DNA of 64,000 nt from Octopus vulgaris (GCA_951406725.2 OX597830.1:70556001-70620000), one strand, 5' to 3'. Positions 13,001 to 26,300 are shown, counted from the first letter of the stretch. Program-made: numbers and translations. Notes: generated by a model from the sequence alone, not told the origin.

Positions 13001-13139
13001 TTTAATTACTTTTTTCTGATGTTATCTGAAAAGAAACTGCAGTTTTAGCAAAACATATGAAGCAACACTAATAGTAAGTCAAAACACACGCATAAAAACC
13101 ACACACATATACACTCATGTATATAATCTATTGATAAAA

Positions 13140-13460
13140 TCCATCCAATCCATCAACTTGTAAATCTTCCTAGCCATAATGAAATTCTGCCCAATATCAT
13201 TCAAAATACTATTTTATTCCAATCTTTGAATTTTCAATTATATATTGACCTGAATTGAAACGTTCGTAGTCTTAATTTGGCAGTATGTTGATAAATTAAA
13301 TTCATATCCTCTCTAACTTTCCATTCTTCTTCTTTAATCATATTTATACTTATAATAATCCCGTGTATATCAAAGAGATATTCCTCAACGGTGCTAGTGA
13401 TTAAACCAGTGAAATTTCGGAGATAATAATCCCTTATGAGGATAAAATATTCTTGCATGG
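13140..13460 (-). pseudogene. Possible old L1/Tx1-like ORF2 fragment
   Basis: WK..NLIYQHTAKLRLRTFQFRSIYN resembles the pre-zinc-knuckle KLRxFQ(Y/F)K region of L1/Tx1 ORF2; motif resemblance only. Confidence 0.3.
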
Positions 13461-13495
13461 ACTAATGTGTGTGTGAGCATGTATATACATACATA

Positions 13496-13547
<52 letters not shown>

Positions 13548-13549
<2 letters not shown>

Positions 13550-14290
13550 CATGAGTGATGATACCTCTTTCCAAGTGCACATTACCAGAATGGCGACAAA
13601 GTGCAGACGACTGGCTGGGTGGATCCTAAGAACATTCAGAACCAGAGATAAGGAAACCATGATGGTCCTCTGGCGGACATTCGTCCTCAGTCTCCTGGAT
13701 TACTGTTCACAGCTATGGTCACCCACCAGTGTAAAATTAACAGCGACCTTGAAGCAATCCAGAGAAGATTCACAAAGAAGATCGTCTCTTTGCAACAGTT
13801 CAGCTACTGGGAAAGGTTGAAACAGCTAAGACTCTACTCCCTGGAGAGAAGACGGGAGAGGTATGCAGTAATATATGTCTGGAAGATCCTGGAAAAAATT
13901 GTGCCAAATTTTGGCATTGTAAGCTACACCAATGCTTGAACGGGACGACACTGCATAGTGCCAAAGATCCCAGCAATGCCATCACGTTTCAGGACCAGCT
14001 TCTGCAACAGCCTGGGTTTCAAGGGCCCACAGCTTTTTAATATTCTCCCAAAGAGTCTGAGGAACTTGCACAAAGTAGATGTAGCCGTTTTTAAATCAAA
14101 ACTGGACATCTTCCTGTCAAGAGTCCCAGATGAACCTACCTCACGGCAAGAGGTGCAAATGAGAGTAGCTGTATCAAACTCCATTCTTCACCAAGTGCCA
14201 CATATTAGACGAGGTTCGTCGCAATAACAGTGTAGCACAAAACGGCGGTGCATCAGCATGGCCGCAGCTCTGAGCTGAAACTATAAAAAT
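13548..14290 (+). mobile_element. 5'-truncated CR1-like LINE (RT C-terminus and 3' tail)
   Basis: GWILRTFRTRD..LDYCSQLWSP, LEAIQRRFTK..SYWERLKQLRLYSLERRRERY, FKSKLDIFLSRVPDEP; one frameshift and one stop; tail ggcggtgcatcagcatggccgcag..ctgaaac. Confidence 0.92.
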
Positions 14291-14295
14291 ATATA

Positions 14296-14793
14296 TATTT
14301 TTACGTTCGCTATTTCCAGTAAATATCGGTACTTAGTTGTGCCATTTATTTACTAATTTGTGTATTTTTCCCTCACGGGCTACTTTTTACTGGAAGGCAA
14401 TACTTTGTATTGCATTACTGATATTTTGAAACTTCTTCACCGTTTCTCGTACTGTTAGCGTTCCGTATTTCAGTCGAGTGTGTTAGTATTAATGTGGTAA
14501 CATCGTAGATTTCGTCTTGGTATATGTTTGGCTGAAGAAGGTAAAGCAAAATATGAGTGAGAGACATATCTTGCAAAACCTGAAACCTGCAGGTACCACA
14601 TTATCCATTTTCCGGGTGTTTCATCTTTCAGATGTTCTCCCTGGAGGTAAGACGGTTTTTTTTTTCTCTATTTTGTTGCACACACGCATTTTTGCTAATA
14701 CATACGCGGTGAAGCTACACATTAGCGTCGTATTTTTACGTTCGCTATTTCCAGTAAATATCGGTACTTAGTTGTGCCATTTATTTACTAATT

Positions 14794-14796
<3 letters not shown>
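14296..14796 (+). mobile_element. 435-bp unit plus 66-bp terminal direct repeat containing a hammerhead ribozyme (retrozyme or Penelope pLTR-like)
   Basis: 14296-14361 is identical to 14731-14796; TA repeats flank both ends; no credible ORF. Confidence 0.8.
14524..14601 (+). ncRNA. Type I hammerhead ribozyme, canonical core
   Basis: Stem I atgt(tt)gg/ccacat; CTGAAGA 14532-14538; stem II aggt..gcaa..atatg/catat..ttgc..acct; GAAA 14582-14585; palindromic stem III acctgcaggt; GUA cleavage triplet after 14595. Confidence 0.85.
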
Positions 14797-14865
<69 letters not shown>

Positions 14866-15860
14866 TGTATATGTAGCAGAGGTGTAATTAAATTGAAAAT
14901 CTAGATTTGTTTATATATATATATATACACATACATAGATACACACACACACACACGCATGCACACAGACACATATGTATATTAATACATATGAGAAAGA
15001 AAAGAAGAAAGAAAGAAAGCGGATCCCCATTTAATTTCAACAGAGACGACTGGGGGATGGTGTTTAAAGACAGAAGACGTATTGCTTGATAAACATTCTA
15101 CGTGAAACAAGACGGAGGATTTCGTTAATTGGAAACAACGGTGTGCAAAGTTGATTAGCAAAAACCGTGAGCTAGTAGTAGTAGTAGTAGTAGCAGTAGT
15201 AGTAGTTTATTTGAGAGACAGAAAAACAAAAAAAAAAAAAGACAAAGCGTTGGCTGTTGGTGAATGAATGTGCCATAAAGCGTAGGTTATTTACATGGTT
15301 TTAATTGAAAGTCATAAAATTTACAGTTCTCTGCTATAAATTTCAAGATGGCTTTGTAAACATTCCCGTGGTTTTGCTTTTTGTTTTTTTTTTGTTTTTG
15401 TTTTTGTTTGCATTTTTTTTTGTATTGTTTTGGTTTTTGTATTTTCTTGGCGGGAACGAAACGTTTGTTACGCTCTTATTTGCCCCCACCAAGTTTACTA
15501 AGATATATGTCTGTTTATGTTGCTGATGTGATTGTTGTTGCTTTTGTCGTTGCCGTTATCACTCTTCTTCTTGTTGTTGTTGTTGTTGTCGTTGTTGTTG
15601 TTGCTTTTGTTGTGACTGTTATTTCTTGCTGTTATGTCAGCTGTTGTTCTTGTTTTTGCTGTAGCAGGGGGTTTTTTTTGCGCTATTCTAGCCTCTGTTC
15701 ATGCTGTTGCTTCTTATTATAGACAGTTGTTGTTGTTGTTATTGTTGCTGCTGCTGCTGCTGATGCTGTTGTTGCTGTTGTAGATCTTCCAGGTGTTGTT
15801 ATTGTTGTCATCGTTGTTCTTGTTTTCGTTGTCATCGTCCTTGTTGATTTTTATTTATAA

Positions 15861-16259
15861 CTAGCAGTATCGCCCGGCGTTACTCGGGTTTGTAAGGGAA
15901 ATAACTATATAAGCATTTTTAGAGAGTTATAACCAAAAAATAGCAAAAAAATGCATTAAAAATTGAAAAAAAAAATTATGGTAAATTTTTTTTTAAATCG
16001 TTGACTCATCGCAGACATTTTTAGAGAGTTACTTCCCTTATATAATAGCGAAAAAATGCATTAAAATGAAAAAAAATGATGGTAATTTTTTTTACAATCG
16101 TAGACTCATTGTAGACGCGCGCTAATACCCAGAAGGGCTTGATATGAATCACGACTATAAGATACCCGGTTTTGGTTAAACTGCACCGCAAAATGTGGGA
16201 GTAGTTAGGAATCTAAATCGTAGGAGACAGACACACAACTTCACTTTTATATATAAAGA
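15861..16259 (-). mobile_element. Non-autonomous Helitron, second copy
   Basis: Same A|TC..hairpin..CTAG|T termini; about 80-100 bp at the CTAG end nearly identical to 11837-11930, remainder divergent. Confidence 0.85.
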
Positions 16260-16396
16260 TTTTTCTTAATGTTGTTGTAGTTGTTTCTGTTACTGTTTCT
16301 ATCTTTGTTATGGTTGCTTTTTTTATTGTTATTGTTGTTGTTGTTGCTGTACTATTTCTGCTACTGCTGTCGTTGTCGTTATTGTTGTTTCTGCTG

Positions 16397-16775
16397 TTGC
16401 TGTTGCTGTTGAGCGAACGGTCATCGTCCCAGAGCTCGCAGTGGGAGAAGTCCGAAACGTGGTCCTTTGCTATTCGTAAGACCCGCAGAATAGAAAGCAG
16501 GTCAACCCCCGACACCGAGAGAATCGACGGATGGATGAATGCGCATCCAGGCTCAGCGGTTGCGTAGGAAGTCGAGGACAAGAGACAGGAAGAAAGAGTG
16601 AGAGAAAGTTGGGACGAAAGAGTAAAACAGAGGTCGCCACCACCCCCTGCCGGAGCATCGTGGAGCTTTAGGTGTTTTCGCTCAATAAACACACACAGCA
16701 CTCGGTCTGGGAATCGAAACCGGGATCCTCCGACCGCGAGTCCGCTGCCCTAACCACAGGGCCATTGCGCCTCCC
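16397..16775 (-). mobile_element. SINE C subfamily with a different 3' half
   Basis: Same tRNA head (ggaggcgcaatggcc..ggactcgcggtcg) as family C but unrelated tail; TSD gttgtttctgctg at 16384-16396 and 16776-16788. Confidence 0.8.
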
Positions 16776-16942
16776 GTTGTTTCTGCTGCAAGCAATAGAG
16801 AAAATAGTCAATCCTAGATTTTTGTTGTTTCGCCCAATAAGCCCTTGTTCAAACAGAGCTATGTCCCAAGTCATTCCAACCATGGCCATTTTGTCATTTT
16901 CCAGACAGTGTATTTTGAACTATATAATCCAATGTATCATTT

Positions 16943-17255
16943 TTTTTTGTTTTTGTTTGTTCCTTCTCGAGTCATGCCTGGCTCATAAGGGCCGCTTTCC
17001 CGGTTTCCTTGGCGTATAGGTTCCCCACCTGGACGGGACGCCGGTCCGTCGCAGGTGAGCTGCAAGGTGCAGGAGGAAAGAGTAAGAGAAAGTTGTGGCG
17101 AAAGACTCAGCGGAAGTTTGCCATTACCCTCTGCCGGAGCCGCGTGGAGCTTAGGTGTTTTCGCTCATAAACACACATCGCCCGGTCTGAGATTCGAACC
17201 CGCAATCTCTCGACCGCGATGTCCGCTGCTCTAACCACTAGGCCATGGGCCTCCA
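16943..17255 (-). mobile_element. SINE C, full length with 13-bp TSD
   Basis: TSD caatgtatcattt at 16930-16942 and 17256-17268. Confidence 0.9.
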
Positions 17256-17746
17256 CAATGTATCATTTATAAAAATCATAGAGTACATAGATGGAACTAT
17301 GGTTATCATTTATAGTAAGTCGTTCGACGCCTGCAAATTCCGTTTGGGATTAGTTGGAGAAAGATTTTTATAACTTAATTTTTAAATAAAAATTATTTCA
17401 GCCAAGATGCACTGGTATCGACCCCGAGACCTCGAGGTTGCGAAGCAAACTTCTTAACCATTCGGTCATAGTCGTGGTGAAACACACTTTGTAATGTAAA
17501 TTGGTTTCAGTGAAAACTATATAGAAGCCAGACGAGTGCACCCTTATCGCATACTGTGTTTTCTGAAAATTATGTTAAAGGTACGGAATACTCAGCCACT
17601 AATACGTTCAATTAAGTTCAAGGTACAACTGAATCTTCGTGGTTGAACAACGGAGACCCACCTCCAATACTGAATGCTTTCAAACATAACCAAAGAAATG
17701 AACACCAGTGTGTTTTGTGAATCAAATCCCGACCAACACGAAAAAC

Positions 17747-17806
<60 letters not shown>

Positions 17807-17814
17807 ACATATAG

Positions 17815-18240
17815 TTGGAATTTACAAAAAAAAAAACAAAACAAAAGACGAAGACGGATGTGTAAACGACAAACAGATGTATTACGCTCGGGAAGTGAGA
17901 AAATCTTTTATGTTTCGAGCCAACGCTCTTCAACAGAGAGGAATACAGAAATAAGCAAAGAGAGAAAATAAAAAAAAGGCTTGGTGGCTAGCGATCAATC
18001 ATGGCGAATGCAGGACGGAGGTGGGCAGACAGGAGAGCTAGGAAGAAGGGGAGATAAAAGTAGTGGTGATCCCAAAATGAAGGTGCGCGTGCGTGTGTAT
18101 ATGAGAGCGTGTATGTGCATGTGGATAGGGGATGGTGACCTTGACGTGTGCGTGAGCGCATGTGTAGGTGTGTAGATGATGATATGGGTGCTGGGAAGTG
18201 GTCAGTGCTAGTGTGTGCGGGGTGGTGTGATGTGGTGTGG
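17815..18240 (-). mobile_element. Penelope-like pLTR fragment with HHR-like motif (CUGUNGA family, copy 1)
   Basis: Minus strand ctgttga-agagc gttg gctc-gaaa-ca-ta at ~17901-17937; homologous to 60721-60930 and 63921-64000. Confidence 0.6.
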
Positions 18241-18365
18241 TAATATATATATGTATGATATATAAGTATGTATATATGTGTGTGTATATATATTTCTATA
18301 TATAGGTATATATATATATGTATATATGTGTGTGTGTGTGTATGTGTGTGTTAGATTGTTTGTGT

Positions 18366-18418
<53 letters not shown>

Positions 18419-19397
18419 ACTTGCTCGTACGCATGCACACACATACATTTTATAACGAATGACTTTTTTTATTGCAGCAATTTACCTTTGCATTCTTAGT
18501 TAGGTTAGGGGAACTGGTTGCAATAAAACCGTTTCTGTCCCTTTGAACTTGCTAAGTGCCGAATACACCCCACTTAAACCTTACTCGATGCCACCTGTCT
18601 CTTCGTCCCTCCCTTTCACCCTCGGTGTCTCACAGCCACCCAGCCATACATAAGCACTTAGTCTACTATATTGCTTTGGAAATTCCCTCTCTGCTCACGG
18701 GCTTTGTTTTGTTTTGTAGAATGTTTTTCTCTATTGCAACCACTTATTCTAAGCAATTTAAAGTGAGTAGAAGCCATATTAATACCATCCAGTTTTCCTT
18801 ACTCCATAAATCCTGAAAACTTGGTTGGTTCATGCATGTGATGAACGAAAGATAAATTAACTTGTTGGATATCTCTCAATCTTTCTTTTGCTCTCTCCTG
18901 GATATGACCTATGTTTTGAAATACTGAGCAGGGGAGATAACTGAAGTGAAATATTTCATACTGGTGATAAAACATGATTTTCAAACCCAGATTATTAGAA
19001 ACTTGAACCCTTTCTCTTGTTACCACACATCTTCCACTTTTGAAGATCATTACTCACTTCTTATCAGATAAATAGATATAAAAAAATTCAATGGGATGAT
19101 TTCGTCAGTCCCCGTTTTTTTCTATTGGTTAGAAGACAAAGCAGTATTCACGATCCTTTAATGTGCCTCCGTGATTGGAGGAAGGGAAAAGGAAAGGATA
19201 TCCTGAAGCTGAATGCTTACAAGGGAGTGAACTCCGATTAAGGTCCCCATGTACCAGGTGATGTTATCAAATTAGTTGACAGATTTTCTTGGTTCACATC
19301 ACTTAGTTTCCCAGTCTCAGAACGTCGCTCAGGGACAGATGCTTAACATTCATTAATAGTTAGTCTAGGGAGAAATAAAATGTCTAGAGAGATGGTA

Positions 19398-19718
19398 GCT
19401 AGCTGTGTGGTAAGTAGTTTCTTCCCAATCTCATAGGTATGGGTTCAGTCCTAATGCATGGGATCTTGACCAAGTGTCTTCTGCTATAGACTCGGGCCGA
19501 CCAAAGTCGATTTGGTAGATGGAAATTGAAAGAAGCCCGTTGTTTATATATCGTTAATGGTGTGAAACTGTGTAATGCCATCTGGTTGGTAACTGATGAA
19601 GTATTAGGGACTTCCTGTTTTTGTTTTCCGTCCGTTTGTGCACTCAATATAAGTTTTTCCGTTCGTCTGTGCATTCATTATACATTTTTTCGATTGAGCA
19701 TTTACTACACATTTTTCA

Positions 19719-19784
<66 letters not shown>

Positions 19785-20008
19785 TATATACGACGGGCTT
19801 CTTCGAGTTTCCGTCTACCAAATCTGCTAATATGGTTTTGGTCGACCCTTGGGTATAGTAGAAGACACTTGCCCAAGGTATCATCGCAGTGGGACTGAAC
19901 CTGCAACCACGTGATTGGGAAGCGCAGACTTCTTACCACGCAGCCACGTCTGCGCTTATACATACATACATACATATATACATACATACATGCATATATA
20001 TATGTATG

Positions 20009-20102
<94 letters not shown>

Positions 20103-20310
20103 GATATACGTATATATATATATGTGTGTGTATATATATATATAAAGGTGTAGGTATATTTGTGCTTAGATTTGTTCCCGTCCCCACCGTTTGTCGGTTT
20201 GTTCACGTCCCCGTAACTTAGTCGTTTGTGAAAAAAAATTAAGAGACCGACAGAAAATGCTTAAAAAAGGGAAAAAATTATGTTGGTGTCCAAGTTATTC
20301 GTCTAAAGTT
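19398..20310 (+). mobile_element. SINE A split by nested insertions, including an inverted SINE A head at ~19790-19955
   Basis: Plus head 19398-19548, unique insert 19550-19720, minus head, plus tail ~20165-20310. Confidence 0.7.
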
Positions 20311-21449
20311 TTCAATGTGGTCTTTCCGTTCGTTCTTCCATACCTCTAAGGTATGGATTGAAAAAGATGACGTCTGCAGGATTTCGAGTCAGTATACTGC
20401 AAAACATTTTTTTTTTCCGCAGCTTTAACAATTGCTCCAGTTCATCGCAAAAATATTTCTGTAAAATATAACATAAAAATAGAATTTCCATTTGAAAATT
20501 GATTCTGAAAGACATTTATCCAGCTTTAAAATTTGTAAGATAATCAATGAATTTCTTTATATTGTTAGTTAAACGTCTTTTTATCGAGCAATCCTTTGAC
20601 GGCAAGCGATGGTGAGTTAAAAGTCGACACGACATTTCATACAATGTTATTTTGAATATATAATTTTGTGCAATAGCTTTAATTATAAAATCGTATTAAA
20701 TATAAAGCAATTCTTAATGTGCAATGAATTCTACATATAGCCTCATTTTTATGTATAGAATTTTCAATATAATATAGAAATAACATTCCCATTCGAAAAA
20801 TTCTTAAAGATATATTTAGTTAACTTTAAAAATTGTATCCGATAACCAATGGATCTATTTATATTTTGAAGTGGTTGTGTGTGTGTGTGTGTGTGTGTTT
20901 GTGTGCGTACGTACGTGCATATCGCTTTGTCTTATGTGTGGGCTGTGGGTGAAATCAGTTCAGTTCAAGTGTATATTATTCTTGAATGAATTATGGAATT
21001 TGTATGCGCATGCGTATTAAATGTCTGTGGGAGATTTACTTACTAACCTGAAGGGCACTGTTCTCTGTACATGTTTATTCCGAAGGTGTTGAATATAAAT
21101 GTGTTAAGGAAATGAGAGAGGGAGATAGAAGGAGAGAGGAGGAGAGAGCGGGAAGGAGAGAAAGAGAAAGAGAAAGAGGTAGAGAGAGAAAAAAACAGAC
21201 CGAAGAATTAGAGTAGGTCTGTTCATTGATCAAGTGTTTATATATTAAAATTTTGGATTATTCCAACGTACAGTAAAAACTTATATTGAAAATTGTCCTA
21301 TTAAAGATATCTTATAAAATGTTATTTTTTAAAAATATCAGCGATATGATTTTTGCAAAGAAAACCTATTCTCTATATAAAATTGTTCGTTAATTATAAT
21401 CAATATATAAAATTGTTTATGAAATTAACTTTTAAGGAATTATTCTAAG

Positions 21450-21632
21450 AAAATTCGCTTCGATAAAAGAAAATTATTTCGATAAAAACCCTTTCGATGA
21501 AATGGCGTTTCGATCACAAGTTGTTTCAATGAAAAGTACTTCCGATAAAATGTTCCGATAAGCAGTCATCTCCGCAAAAGAATATTTCGTACCTGTAAAA
21601 ACTCATTCTATAAAAAACGCTCGATAAAAGTC
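21450..21632. repeat. Degenerate ~15-bp repeats built on ttcgataaaa
   Basis: About 8 occurrences of ttcgat/tccgat/ctcgat at near-regular spacing in otherwise CpG-poor DNA. Confidence 0.6.
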
Positions 21633-21909
21633 AATCAATACAAATTTGATGGTATTTGTCAAAATATACGGATTATGACCTTTCATTCACTTGGTGATTG
21701 GAGTTTAGTGAGCTAAATTAAGTACCAGTTGGCCCCCACGCCAAAATTTTCGGGCCTTGTGCATAGAGTAGAAAAGAATGGAGTTTAGTGAGGGGGTAAT
21801 TCGTTCACGTCAGAGTAAACTCAAGAATAATTCTAAAAATGGCAAACGAAAAATCTCTTGCGGTTAGCTGCGGGTAAGGTTTCAAATAGTGATCAAATCC
21901 TCTACTAGT

Positions 21910-22346
<437 letters not shown>

Positions 22347-22813
22347 TCTTTTCAATTATAGGCAGAAGGCTTGAAATTTGTGGGGATGGAGAAAGTCGAG
22401 TACTTCAATCCCAGTGCTCAACTGGTGCTTATTTCACTGGCCAAGAAAGATAAAAGGCAAAATAGACCTCGGCGGAATCTGAACTCAGAACGAAAAGACG
22501 TAAGCATGTTGCCCAACGTTCTAACGGTTCTGCCAACTCATCGCCATGGAATTTCTTTTTTGTATTAATGTTTGTATATAGGCACAGGAGTGGCTGTGTA
22601 GTGCACTTGTAACTCCTAAAATTTCTCAGAGATGCAAAATCAAAATTTGCAACCCCTACATACTTTGCCAGGTTTAGAAAATAGTGTCTAAAAATTGATC
22701 TGTAAAAAGTTGTTTGATGTTAGGTTTCTTCTCAAAACAAGATCAAAGAACAAAAATAAATTTTTAAAAAGGTCCAGAATGCTTACTGATGAAGCTGGCC
22801 ATAAAATTCTCGA

Positions 22814-23220
22814 GGCGTAGGAGTGGCTGTGTGGTAAGTAGCTTGATTACGAACTACATGGTTCCAGTTTCAGCCCCACTGTGTGGAACCTTGGGAAAGT
22901 GTCTTCTACTATAGCCTCGGGCCGATCAAAGCCTTGTGAGTGGATTTGGTAGACGGAAACTGAAAGAAGTCCGTCGTATATATGTATATATATATGTATG
23001 TGCGTGTATATGTTTGTGTGTCTGTGTTTGTCCCCCCAACATCGCTTGACAACTAATGCTGGTGTGTTTAGGCCCCTGTCACCTAGCGGTTCGGCAAAAG
23101 AGACCGATAGAAATAGTACTAGGCTTACAAAGAATAAATCCTGGGGTCGATTTGATTCGTCTAAAGGCGGTGCTCCAGCATGGCAGCAGTCAAATGGCTG
23201 AAACAAGTAAAAGAATAAAA
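22814..23220 (+). mobile_element. SINE A, full-length reference copy
   Basis: A-box tggctgtgtgg, B-box gtttcagccc, ccttgggaaagtgtctt, internal microsatellite, tail aaggcggtgctccagcatggc..ctgaaacaagtaaaag. Further copies near 29880-30465(-), 40505-40885(+), 47341-47703(+), 51680-51860(-), 53705-53870(-), 60225-60390(-), 61050-61160(-). Confidence 0.92.
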
Positions 23221-23526
23221 GAAAAGAAAGAACAGAAATAACTGAATATTCCTAAGTTACAAATACCTTGAACATTCTTTTCAATATATCACCTGTGATA
23301 GCGCATGATCTAGCGTTCAGGCTGCCAGCCTTCCTTTTTATAGTGGATCGGTTCTCGGACAGGCGTCGCGTTGAGGTCTTAGGCAAGACACTAACCAGAT
23401 GGTCCAGCCCACTCAGCTAAAATCGAGTTTCCCATGAGTTAGCGTGGCACCCACCAGAATAGTGATACAAATATTTGAAAATACAAGATGTCAAAGACTT
23501 ATGATAGTTAACGCACAATACATGTT

Positions 23527-24629
23527 AATATAGTAAATACATTCTCAAGGCGACGAGCTGGCAGAAACGTTAGTATCCTTTTGGGGTCGATAAATTAAGT
23601 ACCAGTTGCGTACTGTGGTCGATCTAATCGACTGCACCTCCAACCCAAAATTCAGGGCCTTGTGCCTAGAGTAGAAAAGAATATAGTAAATACATTCTCA
23701 AGGCGACGAGCTGGCAGAAACGTTAGTATCCTTTTGGGGTCGATAAATTAAGTACCAGTTGCGTACTGTGGTCGATCTAATCGACTGCACCTCCAACCCA
23801 AAATTCAGGGCCTTGTGCCTAGAGTAGAAAAGAATATAGTAAATACATTCTCAAGGCGACGAGCTGGCAGAAACGTTAGTATCCTTTTGGGGTCGATAAA
23901 TTAAGTACCAGTTGCGTACTGTGGTCGATCTAATCGACTGCACCTCCAACCCAAAATTTAGGGCCTTGTGCCTAGAGTAAAAAAGAATATAGTAAATACA
24001 TTCTCAAGGCGACGAGCTGACAGAAACGTTAGCATCCTTTTGGGGTCGATAAATTAAGTACCAGTTGCGTACTGAGGTCGATCTAATCGACGGCACCCAC
24101 CACCCAAATTTTAGGGCCTTGCGCCTAGAGTAGAAAAGAATATCGAGGTCGACTTTGCCTTTCATCCTTTCGGGGTCGATAAATTAAGTACCAGTTACGC
24201 ACTGGGGTAGATGTAATCGACTTAATCCCTTTGTCTGTCCTTGTTTGTCCCCTCTGTGTTTAGCCCTTTCTGGGTGGTAAAGAAATGGGTATTTCGTCTG
24301 CCGTTACGTTCTGAGTTCAAATTCTGCCGAGGTCGACTTTGCCTTTCATCCTTTCGGGGTCGATAAATCAGGTACCAGTTACGCACTGGGGTCGATATAA
24401 TCGACATAATCCATTTGTCTGTTCTTGTTTGTCCCCTCTGTGTTTAGCCCCTTGTAGGTAGTAAAGAAATAGGTAATTCGTCTGCCGTTACGTTCTGAGT
24501 TCAAATTCCACCGTGGTCAACTTTGTCTTTTATCTTTTCAGGGTCGATAAATTAAGTACCAGTTGCGTACTGGGGTCGGTCAAAATTTTGGCCTTGTGCC
24601 TAGAGTAGAAAAGAATATAGTAAATACAT
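23527..24629 (+). mobile_element. SINE B cluster: 4 x 153-bp internally deleted units followed by tandem bodies
   Basis: aatatagtaaatacat recurs at 23527, 23680, 23833, 23986 and 24614. Confidence 0.9.
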
Positions 24630-24979
24630 ACTAGGCAGCAAGAATCGTTAACATGCCGGGCATAATGTTTAGCAGCGTTTCGCCTGTCTTTGTAATTTGG
24701 GTTCAAATTCCGCTGAGGTCAACTTTGCATTTCATACTTCGGGAAGATAAAAAATATGTACTATTTGAGTACTAGGGTCGATGTGAACGACTTAACCCAA
24801 CGCCTAAAATTGCTGGCCTTGTGTCAAAATGATAAAGTAAATATATTTAGTATTTAAAAAATATAAAGTAAATACATTTAGTACACACTTTCATACACAC
24901 ACATATTTCGATTTTACATATCTACAGAGAAAGAAAACAAGCATATGTACATACATACATACATACATACATACATACA

Positions 24980-25071
<92 letters not shown>

Positions 25072-25106
25072 CAATATATATATATACATATATATATATA
25101 TGTATG

Positions 25107-25155
<49 letters not shown>

Positions 25156-25214
25156 ACAGAAAGAAGCACAGAATTAACTTTATACACGCACATGTAAAGT
25201 TATTCTGCTCATAC

Positions 25215-25283
<69 letters not shown>

Positions 25284-25311
25284 AAAAGCTATGTAAATAT
25301 ATATATATATA

Positions 25312-25351
<40 letters not shown>

Positions 25352-25547
25352 ATACGCACGCACACACACTCAAAGAAAATACGAAGAGGTCACTATAATG
25401 GTATTTACATACCATTATGCATGCATATACATACATGCATATATATGCATATATATATATATATATGTACTGCATTATATACATATGTATGTAGGTGTGA
25501 ACCTCTGTGTGCATGTGTGTGTGTGTGTGTGCGTGTATCCTTCACTC

Positions 25548-26230
25548 ACTCTCCCATATAGACATAGGCTCTTGGTTATGGTGGAAACTTGTCTAATAAT
25601 CTACATAATTCACCAAATCAACTTATAAAAATATAAAAATAAGATATTATAAAAGCAAATCGGAGACGGAGAGCTGAGTTTCCATCCACTCCCTCGTCCT
25701 CATATCTACTTTTCTCCCTCTATCTTGAGCACACCACCATCAGAAATTTACTGAAAATTATTCCGAATTTGTTAGTCAGTTAGTTAGCGGTTTGTATCAA
25801 GCCGAGCTTATAGGACCAGATGGCGCTGGAAAAGTGTCCCTGCTGTCGGTTTTGACAAGACGAACTTGTAAGACAAGATGCGAACAAGGACTGGCTTAGA
25901 GCATCCAACCAAAAAAACGTGCGGGTTAAGATGGGAGGCGAAGATTAATTACTGTTCTTGTCCGTCTTGTTGTTTATGCGGTTCCGTTGGACGACGAGGG
26001 GCGTCCTGATTCGTTGGAAGATATCGAAGAATACTACCGAGAACTGTTTCTACTGTTATTTATATATGCTGCGATTCTATGCAATATATTTGGATATCGC
26101 TAACTCGTGTAATACACACACCACTGCACACATCCGAATGCATCTTGAGCTGACATACCAAGTTAAATTCAATTAATTTATCTCCTGAGCTCCCGCTATC
26201 TCTCTCTCACTCTTTCTCTCTGCCTTGTTT

Positions 26231-26274
<44 letters not shown>

Positions 26275-26300
26275 TTGCTCTCCTTCTTTCGCTCCCACAT
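25548..26300 (-). promoter_or_regulatory. Candidate first exon / promoter region of a host gene
   Basis: Unique CpG-containing sequence downstream of a (GA)n tract on minus strand; CTCF-like accagatggcgct at ~25815-25827; ends ATG TCT ATA TGG GAG A|GTGAGT (ATG 25565, donor 25549). Confidence 0.3.

Noticed and set aside
18590-19360. Unique stretch that might be an exon or an old LINE endonuclease region
   Set aside because: Stops in all frames and only faint motif resemblance; needs a translated search.
20312-20515. Minus-strand ORF with an acceptor-like site at 20459
   Set aside because: No recognisable protein and not phase-compatible with the candidate first exon.
22785-22812. ctgatga motif (also near 19593)
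   Set aside because: The GAAA half is missing, so no hammerhead can be called.
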